Positions 49,901 through 57,750 of a DNA stretch of 57,750 nt are shown in pieces. A program made the translations under genes and the position numbers. The notes beneath the pieces are model-generated. The model searched no databases. It was not told the DNA's origin and saw only the letters and a list, made by a program, of their open reading frames with translations. This DNA comes from Christensenellaceae bacterium (lineage in GTDB: Bacteria > Bacillota > Clostridia > Christensenellales > Borkfalkiaceae). The DNA lies in contig JAZRGZ010000082.1 of NCBI GenBank assembly GCA_045644505.1, positions 1 through 57,750 on the forward strand. Reading direction: 5' to 3'. Within the stretch, counting starts at the first letter, position 1, and each line of letters opens with the position of its first letter.

Positions 49901-50012
49901 CCTTTTCTTCGCAAAATATAAGGTTTCTTTGGTTGCCTTGGGATTTTTTCAACTGGTCTATAAGACAGTTAAAGACGTTAAATTGTGAATCAGTTAAAAT
50001 AAGTTTTGCCAT
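46926..50012 (-). CDS. addB: helicase/nuclease subunit B (AddB/RexB type)
   Basis: Upstream partner of addA. C-terminal nuclease with CPYRSF...IDYKTG...CTYCTFKAMC (C-x2-C-x5-C Fe-S pattern). I see no Walker A motif at the N-terminus. Confidence 0.85.
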   Translation of the reverse strand: MAKLILTDSQFNVFNCLIDQLKKSQGNQRNLIFCEEKVSLMTERMICNAFKGSFNTDVYSFGNYMRKKRPLEKVLTKEGSAMVVKRVLKDLPLKRFSQNKIGLAPSIYDLIAQLKSAKVGLIDLKTAVLNARGLLKDKLSDALKIYSAYEKFLTVNGYDDQNSSLSYLPQIIENDDEIPNSDVYLIGYNGFTAQMKLAIKHLLKKAKSVTAILVEGSNKFAYVNETANAFIDVCATVKIKPEITVIPTAYSNEAKIITQRTFNPTAQKIQKVITDKIYFSTFSDKFKEAESVAQKIYSLVKDGNYKYKDFCVAVSDVTEYKDAIFSAFNLLGIPYFLDTVTVPFNHPLITLIISYIDVFKYNFERKALKDFYKNPLVCSDKDLTDDFENYLLKYNVNYSTIKKPLKFDDPTVDKQKLENFRAYVCSLLESFDVNRLLTTLNVKQRLLAHTEKLKTLEFSVESDINDQIFDAVDKILNEMQSILGQTTVDYNEYKAIFLSGVSALELSVIPQYNDAVFIGAFKEVSLSQSKHIFCMGLTSDVPLAKEDVAILTDSDINALEKLKILVEPKIRVVNHRERQNVTLGLSSFSESLYLSYPITDGNGKQTVKSQVISYLSSAFTLKPFDEDNGYLSEKQALYSFAKGCSDFCQGIEDDFTLPASFYHVSDKRNVDRILQSANKQIKLRLNDGLKAVAGKISSPTAIEDYYKCPYRSFLIHGLKIKERKQGKPDGISVGNVMHETLRRFLADIKNVTDQNFDNTFDGIIKEVLSNQEFSWLFDDPETENSIVRTIAECKKYCRKTLDYFNRTDFKDVKTEVGFGDVKDASYSAVILGDGKAKISGRIDRIDTYGDYFRIIDYKTGSVDATDKALFTGNKLQLYLYASAITDKKPAGVYYLPISDDFSSDDGEKGSLAVGKTLDDIQVITAQDNTVLTDTVGEFTGVKILNGEVKKATDSETLQAFMDYAKKISEKAVNQINDGVVVVSPYKNVCTYCTFKAMCNQVNIEEREVGSVTEQTVCAFLKGEEECPN

Positions 50013-50068
50013 ACCCTTTTATTTTAACATATTTTTACGTGCATTTAAATACTTTTTAAGTTTAAAGT

Positions 50069-50097
50069 TTTACAAATATTTTTTTATGTGTTAAAAT
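50069..50097 (+). promoter_or_regulatory. putative extended -10 promoter of the lipoprotein gene
   Basis: TTTACA (50069-50074), 17 nt ending in TGT, TAAAAT (50092-50097). Confidence 0.45.
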
Positions 50098-50124
50098 GTA
50101 ATTACACAGTTTTCGGAGGAGCAC

Positions 50125-51156
50125 ATGAGAAAATTTATTATCGCATTAATCTGCGTAATTACTATGCTTACTGCATGCCTTGCAGGTTGTAGTTGCGTTG
50201 GCACTCAGCCTTTAAGTTTTAACTGTAAGTTTTTCGGTGAAAACGCCGTTACGGACCCATCCTTAGGATATAAGGAAACACTTACCTATAACGTGGAGTA
50301 TCTTGAAAAACGTTCTGACTTAGATGGTAAATCGTCTTTACTTAACGACGTTAATTTTACTTTTACAAACGGCATTTACGTATCCACCTTAGAAATGGCA
50401 ACCTCTTTGCCTGACGGAATTACTAGCGACATTACAATCGACTTGCCGTCCGATGCTAGTACCTTATATAAATTAACTACTAAGTTAAGTATTACAAGTA
50501 CTTATTCAGGATTAGACGAAGGCAACGGCGAATACCAAGATTTCATTGAAAGCACCGTTTATTTTTGTTCTTTTAGATTAAGTTACGCGCCTATTTACTC
50601 TATTGTTAAAACAGACTATTCAGTATTATTTGTAACAGATACTGCGTCAAGCGTTAAAAAACTACAATCGGAAAGAGAAATTACTTATTCAAAAGATAAA
50701 TACGTTATAAAAGAAACGGTTGCTGATAACCAAACCTCAAACGAATACGAATACGAATTTATGACGGTTATTGATAATGCGCAACTGTTGTTCGCGTTGA
50801 GAAATATTGACGTATCAAAAGAGTCTTCATTCTCTCTTCCCACAGTATCGTACGCGTACGGCGAAGCAAAAAATTTAAGAATAGACAATGAAAGTCAAAC
50901 AACTAATTCCGTTGAATTGGTTGTAAACGGCACCGAAATAAAAGACAATATGCCTCTTAACAATTACGCGTTTATGATAAACGACGCTACTAAGGCTGGT
51001 ATTCCTCAATACGTAGAAATTCAAAGCGCAAAATCAGATAATTTGGTTTTTAATTCTTTACTGCACTCTTACGTAGAACCTTTAACCGCATACGGCAATA
51101 TGCTTTCGATGGGCTATTTAGAATACACCTTAACAAACGTAGAAATAATTAAATAA
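50125..51156 (+). CDS. lipoprotein, function unknown (343 aa)
   Basis: Signal peptide with lipobox LAGC; beta-rich T/S/N composition; RBS GGAGGAG. Confidence 0.65.
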   Translation: MRKFIIALICVITMLTACLAGCSCVGTQPLSFNCKFFGENAVTDPSLGYKETLTYNVEYLEKRSDLDGKSSLLNDVNFTFTNGIYVSTLEMATSLPDGITSDITIDLPSDASTLYKLTTKLSITSTYSGLDEGNGEYQDFIESTVYFCSFRLSYAPIYSIVKTDYSVLFVTDTASSVKKLQSEREITYSKDKYVIKETVADNQTSNEYEYEFMTVIDNAQLLFALRNIDVSKESSFSLPTVSYAYGEAKNLRIDNESQTTNSVELVVNGTEIKDNMPLNNYAFMINDATKAGIPQYVEIQSAKSDNLVFNSLLHSYVEPLTAYGNMLSMGYLEYTLTNVEIIK

Positions 51157-51173
51157 TTTAACAAATTAAACTG

Positions 51174-51204
51174 AAACCCCTCGCGATATCGCGAGGGGTT
51201 TTGT
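51174..51204. terminator. bidirectional terminator
   Basis: Perfect palindrome AAACCCCTCGCGAT/ATCGCGAGGGGTTT. Confidence 0.8.
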
Positions 51205-51223
51205 GTCTATTTAGTAATTTATA

Positions 51224-52087
51224 TTATTGAGCGGTTTTTACGTCAAAATTTTCAGCTACGCCTAAATTCCAGTCAGCACCTTTTTCAACGCTGTTCCATT
51301 GAGTACTTGTGCCTGCAAAATCAATTTTAGATAAAGTAGAGAAATTCTCAAACGCGCCTTTATAGAGGTTAGTTATGCTAGCAGGAAGTTTTAGTTCGCT
51401 AAAACAGTTTGCGTTATAGAACGCACGTTCGCCGATAGCAGTAACTTTGTCGTTTAAATTGATTTTGGTAACCATAGTAAGTCCACTAAATGCGTACATC
51501 GGAATTTGGTAGTCGTTTTTAGGAGCGATGGTAATGGTTCTTAAAGTCATCGGAACGTAGTAGGTAACTGTGTTACCTTCAATCGCATTGAAACTTTGAG
51601 TAATTTGTGCGCCACCTGCATATTCCTCGGTACCGAAGACGTAACAAAATAATCTTTCTGCATCTACCGCTTTATCTTCGGATAAGGTTTGACCTTCATA
51701 TGCGTCTGCGTTTACGTTAGACCCTACGAACGGTAAAGTTATATCTCTTACGCTCTTCATATTTTTGAATGCGCCAGCGTCGATTTTTGTTACGGTGTTA
51801 GGTACAATTACAGCGGTAAGAGTAGAGTTACCGTCAAAAGCGCCTTCTTTAATTCTGGAAACCTCGGCAGTTTCGCCGTACTTTGCTTTAACGACTTTTT
51901 CGATATCGAGTTCATTAACGCCTAAACCTTCGTCAACGTATTTATAAACTACGTATTTGCCGTCTTCTTTTATACAAGAAATACCTTTGGAACTGGTATT
52001 GTCAGGTGTATCAGAACAACCAACCATTGAGAATAACGCCAAAATAGAAATAACGGCTATTAATAATATAGAAAAAAACTTTTTCAT
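51224..52087 (-). CDS. BspA-type leucine-rich-repeat (LRR_5) lipoprotein
   Basis: Lipobox VGCS. Repeats of the xxIxxxAFxxCxxLxxIxIPxSV type (IKEGAFDGNSTLTAVIVPNTVTKIDAGAFKN..., IGERAFYNANCFSELKLPASITNLYKGAFEN...). Confidence 0.7.
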   Translation of the reverse strand: MKKFFSILLIAVISILALFSMVGCSDTPDNTSSKGISCIKEDGKYVVYKYVDEGLGVNELDIEKVVKAKYGETAEVSRIKEGAFDGNSTLTAVIVPNTVTKIDAGAFKNMKSVRDITLPFVGSNVNADAYEGQTLSEDKAVDAERLFCYVFGTEEYAGGAQITQSFNAIEGNTVTYYVPMTLRTITIAPKNDYQIPMYAFSGLTMVTKINLNDKVTAIGERAFYNANCFSELKLPASITNLYKGAFENFSTLSKIDFAGTSTQWNSVEKGADWNLGVAENFDVKTAQ

Positions 52088-52127
52088 AATTTGCTCCTTG
52101 CAAATATTAGACTAATATACTTGAATT

Positions 52128-52156
52128 AGTTTAACATTTATTTGCAATTTTGTCAA
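52128..52156 (-). promoter_or_regulatory. putative promoter of the LRR lipoprotein gene
   Basis: Minus strand: TTGACA (52156-52151), 17 nt, TAAACT (52133-52128). Confidence 0.4.
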
Positions 52157-52199
52157 TAGATAATATGTATTTACAAGGTTAAACTTTATCTCTTCCTAT

Positions 52200-53663
52200 C
52201 TAAATTACAGCTTTCCCGTCAAAAAAACTGCGTAAGTACCCGTCAGCATCCACTCCACTTTTGATAAACGCGCTTATTAAGTCGTCGGGTGTGGCGATTT
52301 TATATAAGTTTTCGTTGTAATATTTTTTAAGTCCGTTAAAGAATTTCTGCTCGCCTGCTGTTGTTCTAAGATAATCGTACATTATGCAAGGTTTTACGTA
52401 TGCAAGGTTAACGTATTCGTATTCACTCTTAAACTCTTTTAAATTTCTTATCATCGAAGTATCAACCTTACCAAACAGTTTATCTGAAACCGTACAGTAG
52501 GTTTTATAAGTGGTTTCCGATGATTTTATAAGTTGACTTCTGTTTAAGCCGTATTCGGGGTAATTTTCATAAAAACATACTACCGAATATTCGGCTAACC
52601 CCTCGTCTAAAAAGCCGTATTCTATTTCGTTGTTGCCTACCCCTGCCTGCCACCATTGATGTGCCGTTTCGTGAACTATTACTTCGCCGTACGCTTTTTC
52701 TTCTAAATTATCGCTTATCATGGAAAAAGCCGAAAACTCCATACCGCCCTGAACAAATTCCGTTTGAACTACGGTATAAGTTTCAAAGGGATATTCTCCA
52801 TAAAGATTTTCAAACAACGTCAACGATTTTACGGCGTATTCCAAAGAATTTTCAGGGTTAGCGTCGTCATAATAATAGTAAGTTATAGGTATTCTTGTTT
52901 GGTTATCGGTAAGACACTTATAATTTTTACTTAAAACCATAGTAAAAGAACGTGCGTTATTTAATTGATATTTATATATTTTCAAATCCTTTGAAAGATT
53001 ACTTTCTAATAATTTGCCTGCGCCCGCAACTACGTAATCGTCTGAAACTGTAAACTCTACCGCATAATTTGCGACGTCCGAGAAAAACGGGTCGCCGTTT
53101 GCATAATATAAGCATTCATAAAACCCATTGTCGTCAATAGCGCACAAAATCGGATAAAAGTTTGCTAAATTTACCGTGTTGTCGTTTACACCCGTTCTGT
53201 GAACGACGTTTGCTAGCGTCGTAACAAAATCTATCGAAACTTCTACGCTTTCACCAGGAAAAAGTTGTTGCGTTAAATAAACGCTTAATACGTTTTCATC
53301 TTCGCCTGTTATTTTATATTCGAGCGCTTGTTCCCCATCGGTTACAGCAGTTATCTCAATTCCACCGTAAGAAACACCGTTGGGATAACATTGACTCTTG
53401 TGACCTGCACTGACGGGCGAGTACTTTGCGTCTTTTCTAAAAGCGTTAGCAAACAAGTTAAATTTTAGTTGGTCTAATACCTTTTCTGTATCGTTATAAA
53501 AAGTTACAGTTTGACTAGCGCTTAATTTGTTATCTTGAAAAGAACATTTTATGTCGTACGAGGATACCTCTTTCTCAGAACTTTTACAGCCGAAAAAAAT
53601 AATTGACGACAATAAAAAAGTAAAAGTTAAAAATAAAATGACTGTTTTTTTGAATTTTGACAT
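52200..53663 (-). CDS. M1 family zinc metallopeptidase (aminopeptidase N-like) lipoprotein
   Basis: Lipobox FFGC. Gluzincin motif HETAHQWW plus Glu exactly 18 residues later (DEGLAEY). Confidence 0.8.
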   Translation of the reverse strand: MSKFKKTVILFLTFTFLLSSIIFFGCKSSEKEVSSYDIKCSFQDNKLSASQTVTFYNDTEKVLDQLKFNLFANAFRKDAKYSPVSAGHKSQCYPNGVSYGGIEITAVTDGEQALEYKITGEDENVLSVYLTQQLFPGESVEVSIDFVTTLANVVHRTGVNDNTVNLANFYPILCAIDDNGFYECLYYANGDPFFSDVANYAVEFTVSDDYVVAGAGKLLESNLSKDLKIYKYQLNNARSFTMVLSKNYKCLTDNQTRIPITYYYYDDANPENSLEYAVKSLTLFENLYGEYPFETYTVVQTEFVQGGMEFSAFSMISDNLEEKAYGEVIVHETAHQWWQAGVGNNEIEYGFLDEGLAEYSVVCFYENYPEYGLNRSQLIKSSETTYKTYCTVSDKLFGKVDTSMIRNLKEFKSEYEYVNLAYVKPCIMYDYLRTTAGEQKFFNGLKKYYNENLYKIATPDDLISAFIKSGVDADGYLRSFFDGKAVI

Positions 53664-53729
53664 TTAAAAACTCCGTTTAAGATATTTTATTTATATCTTA
53701 TTCGGAGTTTTCCCGTTTAATACTAAATA

Positions 53730-54383
53730 TTATTTTTCGTTAAAGGTTAAATATTTTGCAGGGTCAATAATTTCGCCGTTTTCGGTCACTTGGAAATGCA
53801 AATGTGCCCCTTCGCCGTATTCTTGTCTGTTAGATGAAGATACTTCGCCTATAACGTCGCCAGTCTTTACTTTTTGACCTACCGTTACGTTTTCGCCGTC
53901 CGCTAACGAATTATATACTGTTTTAAGTCCGTCACCGTGGTCAATTACAACAGTCGTACCAGTCAAAAATTCAGTAGTAACACTTTCTACTATTCCATCG
54001 TAAACGGCAAGAACGTTAGTTCCTTCCGGGGCGAAAAAGTCTACTGCTAAGTGCGCAGAATATCTTTTAAGCGTGCTGTTAAACACCATTTGTTCGCTGT
54101 ATTCGCCTATCATAGACGCACTTTCAACAGGCATGATGAAAGTAATGGGCGTCGATACGGGATTAGACGGTTCTGACGGTAAAATATCTTCTACCACTAC
54201 GTCTTCGTCACTAGGTTTTTCAACGACTATTTGGTCAATCGGGTCTTGTACTTGGTCGGACGATTTATTGTTTAATAAAACGAGAGTAAGCGACAAGCCT
54301 ATTGCCACTATGCACAACGCGAAGATTAAATATACTGCGTTGGTTTTAAAGAAATTTAATACCTTACTGTTAGATTTTTTCAT
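53730..54383 (-). CDS. membrane-anchored M23 (LytM-domain) metallopeptidase
   Basis: One TM segment, then a LytM domain with intact HLAVDF (HxxxD) and HLHFQV (HxH). I prefer the ATG at 54383, 8 nt after AAGGAG, over 54425. Confidence 0.85.
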   Translation of the reverse strand: MKKSNSKVLNFFKTNAVYLIFALCIVAIGLSLTLVLLNNKSSDQVQDPIDQIVVEKPSDEDVVVEDILPSEPSNPVSTPITFIMPVESASMIGEYSEQMVFNSTLKRYSAHLAVDFFAPEGTNVLAVYDGIVESVTTEFLTGTTVVIDHGDGLKTVYNSLADGENVTVGQKVKTGDVIGEVSSSNRQEYGEGAHLHFQVTENGEIIDPAKYLTFNEK

Positions 54384-54451
54384 TTTTTTGCTCCTTTTGT
54401 CTTTATGTAGAGTGATTATTGACATATAAAATTTTTATATACTCATTATTT

Positions 54452-54862
54452 TCAAAAACTTCCGAAAATTATAGGCGTCCCTATTACGGTTTTGTTATTT
54501 TTAATAAAAATTTGAACGTTTACGTTTTCTCCGTTTAAGGTTATTTTGTTTTTTAACTTTTCTGAATATGCGTAAATGCTCACGCCGTCGTTAATTGTTT
54601 CCGTAAAAACTGTTCTTGCCTGTAATTGTTTAATAATATCTTCAATATCATCGTTATATATAACGATACTTTCCCCAGTTTTATTAAACCTTGTCTTAAA
54701 TTTTAAATCCTGGGTACGGATTATTTTTGCCATTGAAGAATTTTTCCCTGTATACGTTTCGTAAGGAATACCCAAAGTAGTTAAATAACTTTTTGAATTT
54801 AGTTGCCAAACGCTAAAAAAGCAAAGAATCGAAAGTGTTAGTATTAACGCTTTTTTCAACAT
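54452..54862 (-). CDS. small secreted or membrane-anchored protein, possibly YwmB/DUF1779-like
   Basis: N-terminal signal/anchor. The C-terminal ...VNVQIFIKNNKTVIGTPIIFGSF resembles the GTPII-ending TATA-box-binding-like fold of the YwmB family. This assignment is from memory only. Confidence 0.35.
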   Translation of the reverse strand: MLKKALILTLSILCFFSVWQLNSKSYLTTLGIPYETYTGKNSSMAKIIRTQDLKFKTRFNKTGESIVIYNDDIEDIIKQLQARTVFTETINDGVSIYAYSEKLKNKITLNGENVNVQIFIKNNKTVIGTPIIFGSF

Positions 54863-54915
54863 AAAAAAACTCCCCTTGATTTTTACAAGGAGAGTATTGA
54901 CTCTAATTTCTTTTT

Positions 54916-56133
54916 TTATACTTCTATAAATTCTAAAATTCCGCTTTCTCTAATTAAACTCATACCGTTTAACGTGTCGTTTAAATCACCCGAGTGATAA
55001 ACACAAAATTTTAAGTGCTTGTTTTCTTTACCCCCACCACCAAGAGCGTGATAAGTGCTGTTTATTTGTCCTACAAGTTTTTCTGTTTTAACAACTTGTT
55101 CGTTCAAAGTTTTTTTCAGTTGATTGAGATTGTTTTTAGAATTATTGTAGTTGTTTATTTGCGCTAGTAACGTTTGCATAAAAACTTTTTCATCGACCTT
55201 TAATGTTTTTGATATATTGTTCGCGCGCGCATTGTAGTCGGGGATTTCTAAAAGGTGCTCGTAATCACCGCTGAAATACTTTTTATAAAGATTGAGAGTG
55301 TATTTTAAAAAGGCTATTCTGTCGTATCCTTCAAACTTGGGCATCAACTGTTTTACTGAATATTCAGAGCTTGTTATCCAAAGATGCCCTCCTGACATAC
55401 GGTTAGCGATTTCTGATAAAAACATATTTTCTACAATATGTGATTTCCGATTTTCAAGAGAAACTTTAAAACAAGTCAACGTGTTGTCTATTGCGGTACT
55501 TAAAACCTCGTATGACGCTTTTGAGAGCCTTTTAGAGTGAAGCTTACTATACACCTTATAATCTATCAAGTTTACAATCTTGCTAGTCGTGTAGGCGTAA
55601 ATTTTAGGCAAATCAGGTTGACAAATATTATCGTCAAGAATAACGTGCTGATTACAATCTAAATTTACTTTGTCAATTTGTTCTCCGTTTTTTATAAAAA
55701 GGACAGGAGATATAAAATCTGCTGAGTTGAATTCTTTTAAGACGTGAATAACGTCAACGTTTTTTATTGCCCCGAAATATTTTATTGCATAATTGAGCGA
55801 AAAATCAAAGGTAATTATAGCTCTTACGTCTTCGGGAAGTGTAAAGAGTCTTGATAAATCGTCGACGCTATTTTTAAATTCTTCTGGCATAATGACGCTT
55901 AAAGGCTTAAATCCTGCATTTTTTAGGGCTGATGAAAAATTTTTGCCTAGTTCTTGATACGTAGAGTTAAAATACAAGGTTGCAACTTTACCACACGGAC
56001 AAATTTCGGACAAAATTTTAGTAATTTGGTCGACGTAATCTCCGTAATAAAAACGAAGTCCTCCGTGCTTCTTGTCTACTTTATAAAGAGATACAGTATC
56101 ATTAAGTTTTTTTGCTATTAGATTATTTTCCAT
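54916..56133 (-). CDS. DHQS/Fe-ADH superfamily protein resembling glycerol-1-phosphate dehydrogenase (AraM/EgsA), with key motifs substituted
   Basis: Collinear pattern with G1PDH. AIITFDFSLNYAIKY aligns with vIaiGGGsviDvaKy. VLKEFNSADFISP aligns with vPTtaSnDGiaSp. HVILDDNI aligns with aviaDldi. SSEYSVKQ aligns with GSEHxxSH. Weak RBS. Confidence 0.4.
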   Translation of the reverse strand: MENNLIAKKLNDTVSLYKVDKKHGGLRFYYGDYVDQITKILSEICPCGKVATLYFNSTYQELGKNFSSALKNAGFKPLSVIMPEEFKNSVDDLSRLFTLPEDVRAIITFDFSLNYAIKYFGAIKNVDVIHVLKEFNSADFISPVLFIKNGEQIDKVNLDCNQHVILDDNICQPDLPKIYAYTTSKIVNLIDYKVYSKLHSKRLSKASYEVLSTAIDNTLTCFKVSLENRKSHIVENMFLSEIANRMSGGHLWITSSEYSVKQLMPKFEGYDRIAFLKYTLNLYKKYFSGDYEHLLEIPDYNARANNISKTLKVDEKVFMQTLLAQINNYNNSKNNLNQLKKTLNEQVVKTEKLVGQINSTYHALGGGGKENKHLKFCVYHSGDLNDTLNGMSLIRESGILEFIEV

Positions 56134-56256
56134 AACTTTACATTAAATATAGTAATTTACAACTTTGATTTTGTCAAGCAAAAAGGTAAAATTGCTAAAA
56201 ACAGAGTGTTTTTAGCGTTTTTTTATCAAAAAACGACACTTTTTTTAAAAAACCTC

Positions 56257-56284
56257 TTGTAAATACTCTATTTTATGGTATAAT
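56257..56284 (+). promoter_or_regulatory. putative extended -10 promoter of hup
   Basis: TTGTAA (56257-56262), 16 nt ending in TGG, TATAAT (56279-56284). Confidence 0.5.
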
Positions 56285-56313
56285 ATAATCAGTAATCTAT
56301 GGAGGTTCATATA

Positions 56314-56583
56314 ATGAACAAAAATGAATTGGTAAGGGCTATTGCAAACAACGCAGGTATCACCTTAAAAGACTCAGCTTCATATTTAGATAGTTTCATC
56401 GATACTATCACTGCTGAACTTAAAAAGGGTGAAAAAATTCAAATTTCCGGGTTCGGTACTTTTGAATTAAAATCTAAGGACGCAAGAGAAGGCGTTAACC
56501 CCAAAACAGGCGAAAAAATTAAAATCGCTGCATCTAAAACCCCTGCTTTCAAGTTTGGTAAGGCTTACAAAGATTCTTTCTAA
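56314..56583 (+). CDS. hup: DNA-binding protein HU
   Basis: MNKNELVRAIA..., GFGTFE, RxGxNPxTGExIxIxA arm motif; 89 aa. I prefer the ATG at 56314, 7 nt after GGAGG, over 56299. Confidence 0.92.
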   Translation: MNKNELVRAIANNAGITLKDSASYLDSFIDTITAELKKGEKIQISGFGTFELKSKDAREGVNPKTGEKIKIAASKTPAFKFGKAYKDSF

Positions 56584-56605
56584 GAAAATACTAGAATTTA
56601 AAAAG

Positions 56606-56640
56606 TTAAGACCCCTAAAACAAAGGGGTCTTAATATTTT
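56606..56640 (+). terminator. terminator after hup
   Basis: TTAAGACCCCT...AGGGGTCTTAA hairpin followed by TATTTT. Confidence 0.75.
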
Positions 56641-56665
56641 AAAAATAATTTTAATAGCTTTAATC

Positions 56666-56696
56666 AAAAAAGCCATCGAAAATCGATGGCTTTTTA
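56666..56696 (-). terminator. terminator after tuf
   Basis: AGCCATCG-aaaat-CGATGGCT hairpin flanked by A5 and T5 runs. Confidence 0.75.
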
Positions 56697-56714
56697 GTTT
56701 TGTTAAAATTTTAA

Positions 56715-57750
56715 TTATTTAACGATTTTAGAAACAACGCCTGAACCTACGGTTCTGCCACCTTCACGGATAGCGAAACGTAAACCTTCTTCCATAGCGA
56801 TGGGGGTGATAAGTTTAACGTTCATGTTGATGTTGTCACCAGGCATAACCATTTCTACGCCTGCGGGAAGTTCGATTGAACCGGTAACGTCGGTAGTTCT
56901 GAAATAGAATTGAGGACGATAGTTATTGAAGAACGGAGTGTGACGGCCACCTTCTTCTTTGGTAAGGATATACACTTGACCTTCGAATTCAGTGTGGGGT
57001 TTAACAGAACCGGGTTTTGCAATAACTTGACCACGTTCGATTTCGTTTTTGTCAATACCACGGAGGAGCGCACCTACGTTGTCACCTGCTTGTGCTTCGT
57101 CAAGAAGTTTTCTGAACATTTCAAGACCAGTAATAACGGTATTCTTGCTTTCTTCGGAAAGACCAACGATTTCAGCGGGGTCGTTAACTTTGGTTACACC
57201 ACGTTCTACTCTACCAGTAGCAACGGTACCACGACCAGAGATGGTGAATACGTCTTCTACGGGAAGTAAGAAGGGTTTGTCGTCTTCACGAGCAGGAGTG
57301 GGGATATAAGAGTCAACAGCGTCCATTAATTCAAAGATGCATTTGCATTCAGCAGATGCTTTGATTTCGTCAGCAGAGTGGTCGCCTTGTGCATATTCTA
57401 ATGCTTTTAATGCAGAACCCTTAATGATGGGAGTTGCATCGCCAGGGAAACCATATTCAGAAAGAATATCTCTGATTTCCATTTCAACGAGTTCTAAAAG
57501 TTCTGCGTCTTCTAATTGGTCGCATTTATTCATGAATACTACGATATAGGGAACGCCTACTTGACGAGCAAGAAGGATGTGTTCTCTGGTTTGGGGCATG
57601 GGACCATCAGTAGCAGCAACTACTAAGATTGCGCCGTCCATTTGTGCAGCACCAGTAATCATGTTCTTAACGTAGTCTGCGTGTCCGGGGCAGTCAACGT
57701 GTGCATAGTGACGACCTTCGGTTTGATATTCAACGTGAGCGGTATTAATT
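56715..57750 (-). CDS. tuf: elongation factor Tu (5' end outside the window)
   Basis: The reading frame stays open to the window edge. 57749-57663 encodes [29 protein letters not shown], continuing into [15 protein letters not shown]...NKCD. The ORF-track start at 57662 is an internal Met. Confidence 0.97.
   Translation of the reverse strand, partial: INTAHVEYQTEGRHYAHVDCPGHADYVKNMITGAAQMDGAILVVAATDGPMPQTREHILLARQVGVPYIVVFMNKCDQLEDAELLELVEMEIRDILSEYGFPGDATPIIKGSALKALEYAQGDHSADEIKASAECKCIFELMDAVDSYIPTPAREDDKPFLLPVEDVFTISGRGTVATGRVERGVTKVNDPAEIVGLSEESKNTVITGLEMFRKLLDEAQAGDNVGALLRGIDKNEIERGQVIAKPGSVKPHTEFEGQVYILTKEEGGRHTPFFNNYRPQFYFRTTDVTGSIELPAGVEMVMPGDNINMNVKLITPIAMEEGLRFAIREGGRTVGSGVVSKIVK

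Noticed and set aside
1-57750. Search for mobile elements, a prophage, a genomic island or a canonical defence system (RM, TA, CBASS, retron, Abi, etc.)
   Set aside because: I recognised no integrase, transposase, recombinase, reverse transcriptase, phage structural gene, terminal inverted repeat or tRNA-flanked island. Apart from the collagen repeat, composition and gene orientation look uniform and core-like.

Overview
This is an AT-rich, very gene-dense chromosomal segment that looks like a low-GC Gram-positive (Bacillota/Clostridia-like) genome. I call 49 protein genes, 38 on the minus strand, consistent with leading-strand co-orientation. Genes sit close together, with many 1-13 nt stop/start overlaps, AGGAGG-type ribosome binding sites, near-consensus sigma-A promoters and clear rho-independent terminators.

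Most of the window is core housekeeping:
- maf, trmO, type III glutamine synthetase, and a GMP synthase that carries only the ATP-pyrophosphatase half
- mgsA, followed by the classical ftsK-rimO-pgsA-cinA-recA-rny block
- the dgt-dnaG-sigA-trmK-nif3-COG1579 macromolecular-synthesis block
- uvrB-uvrA, dxs, queH, addB-addA, hup, and a 5'-truncated tuf at the right edge
- a possible tRNA fragment at the left edge

I saw no rRNA, CRISPR array, integrase, transposase, prophage block or recognisable defence island. I cannot honestly point to a clear-cut new multi-gene system. The parts that deserve a second look are:
1. A lone collagen-like gene (38 uninterrupted G-X-Y triplets, Cys-rich N-terminus, BclA/C1q-like C-terminal domain). 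It forms a local GC-rich, internally repetitive island.
2. A PadR-DUF1700-DUF4097 envelope module with a translationally coupled PLP amino-acid racemase inserted in it.
3. A tight dxs / PglF-like dehydratase / ABC exporter / NahK-like kinase operon.
4. A membrane protein / patatin / ComEC-type MBL lipoprotein operon in which the MBL metal-binding motifs are degenerate.
5. Further apparent pseudoenzymes (a G1PDH-like protein and the CinA N-terminal domain).
6. A split GMP synthase.

All family calls come from reading motifs in the supplied translations. No database search was run.
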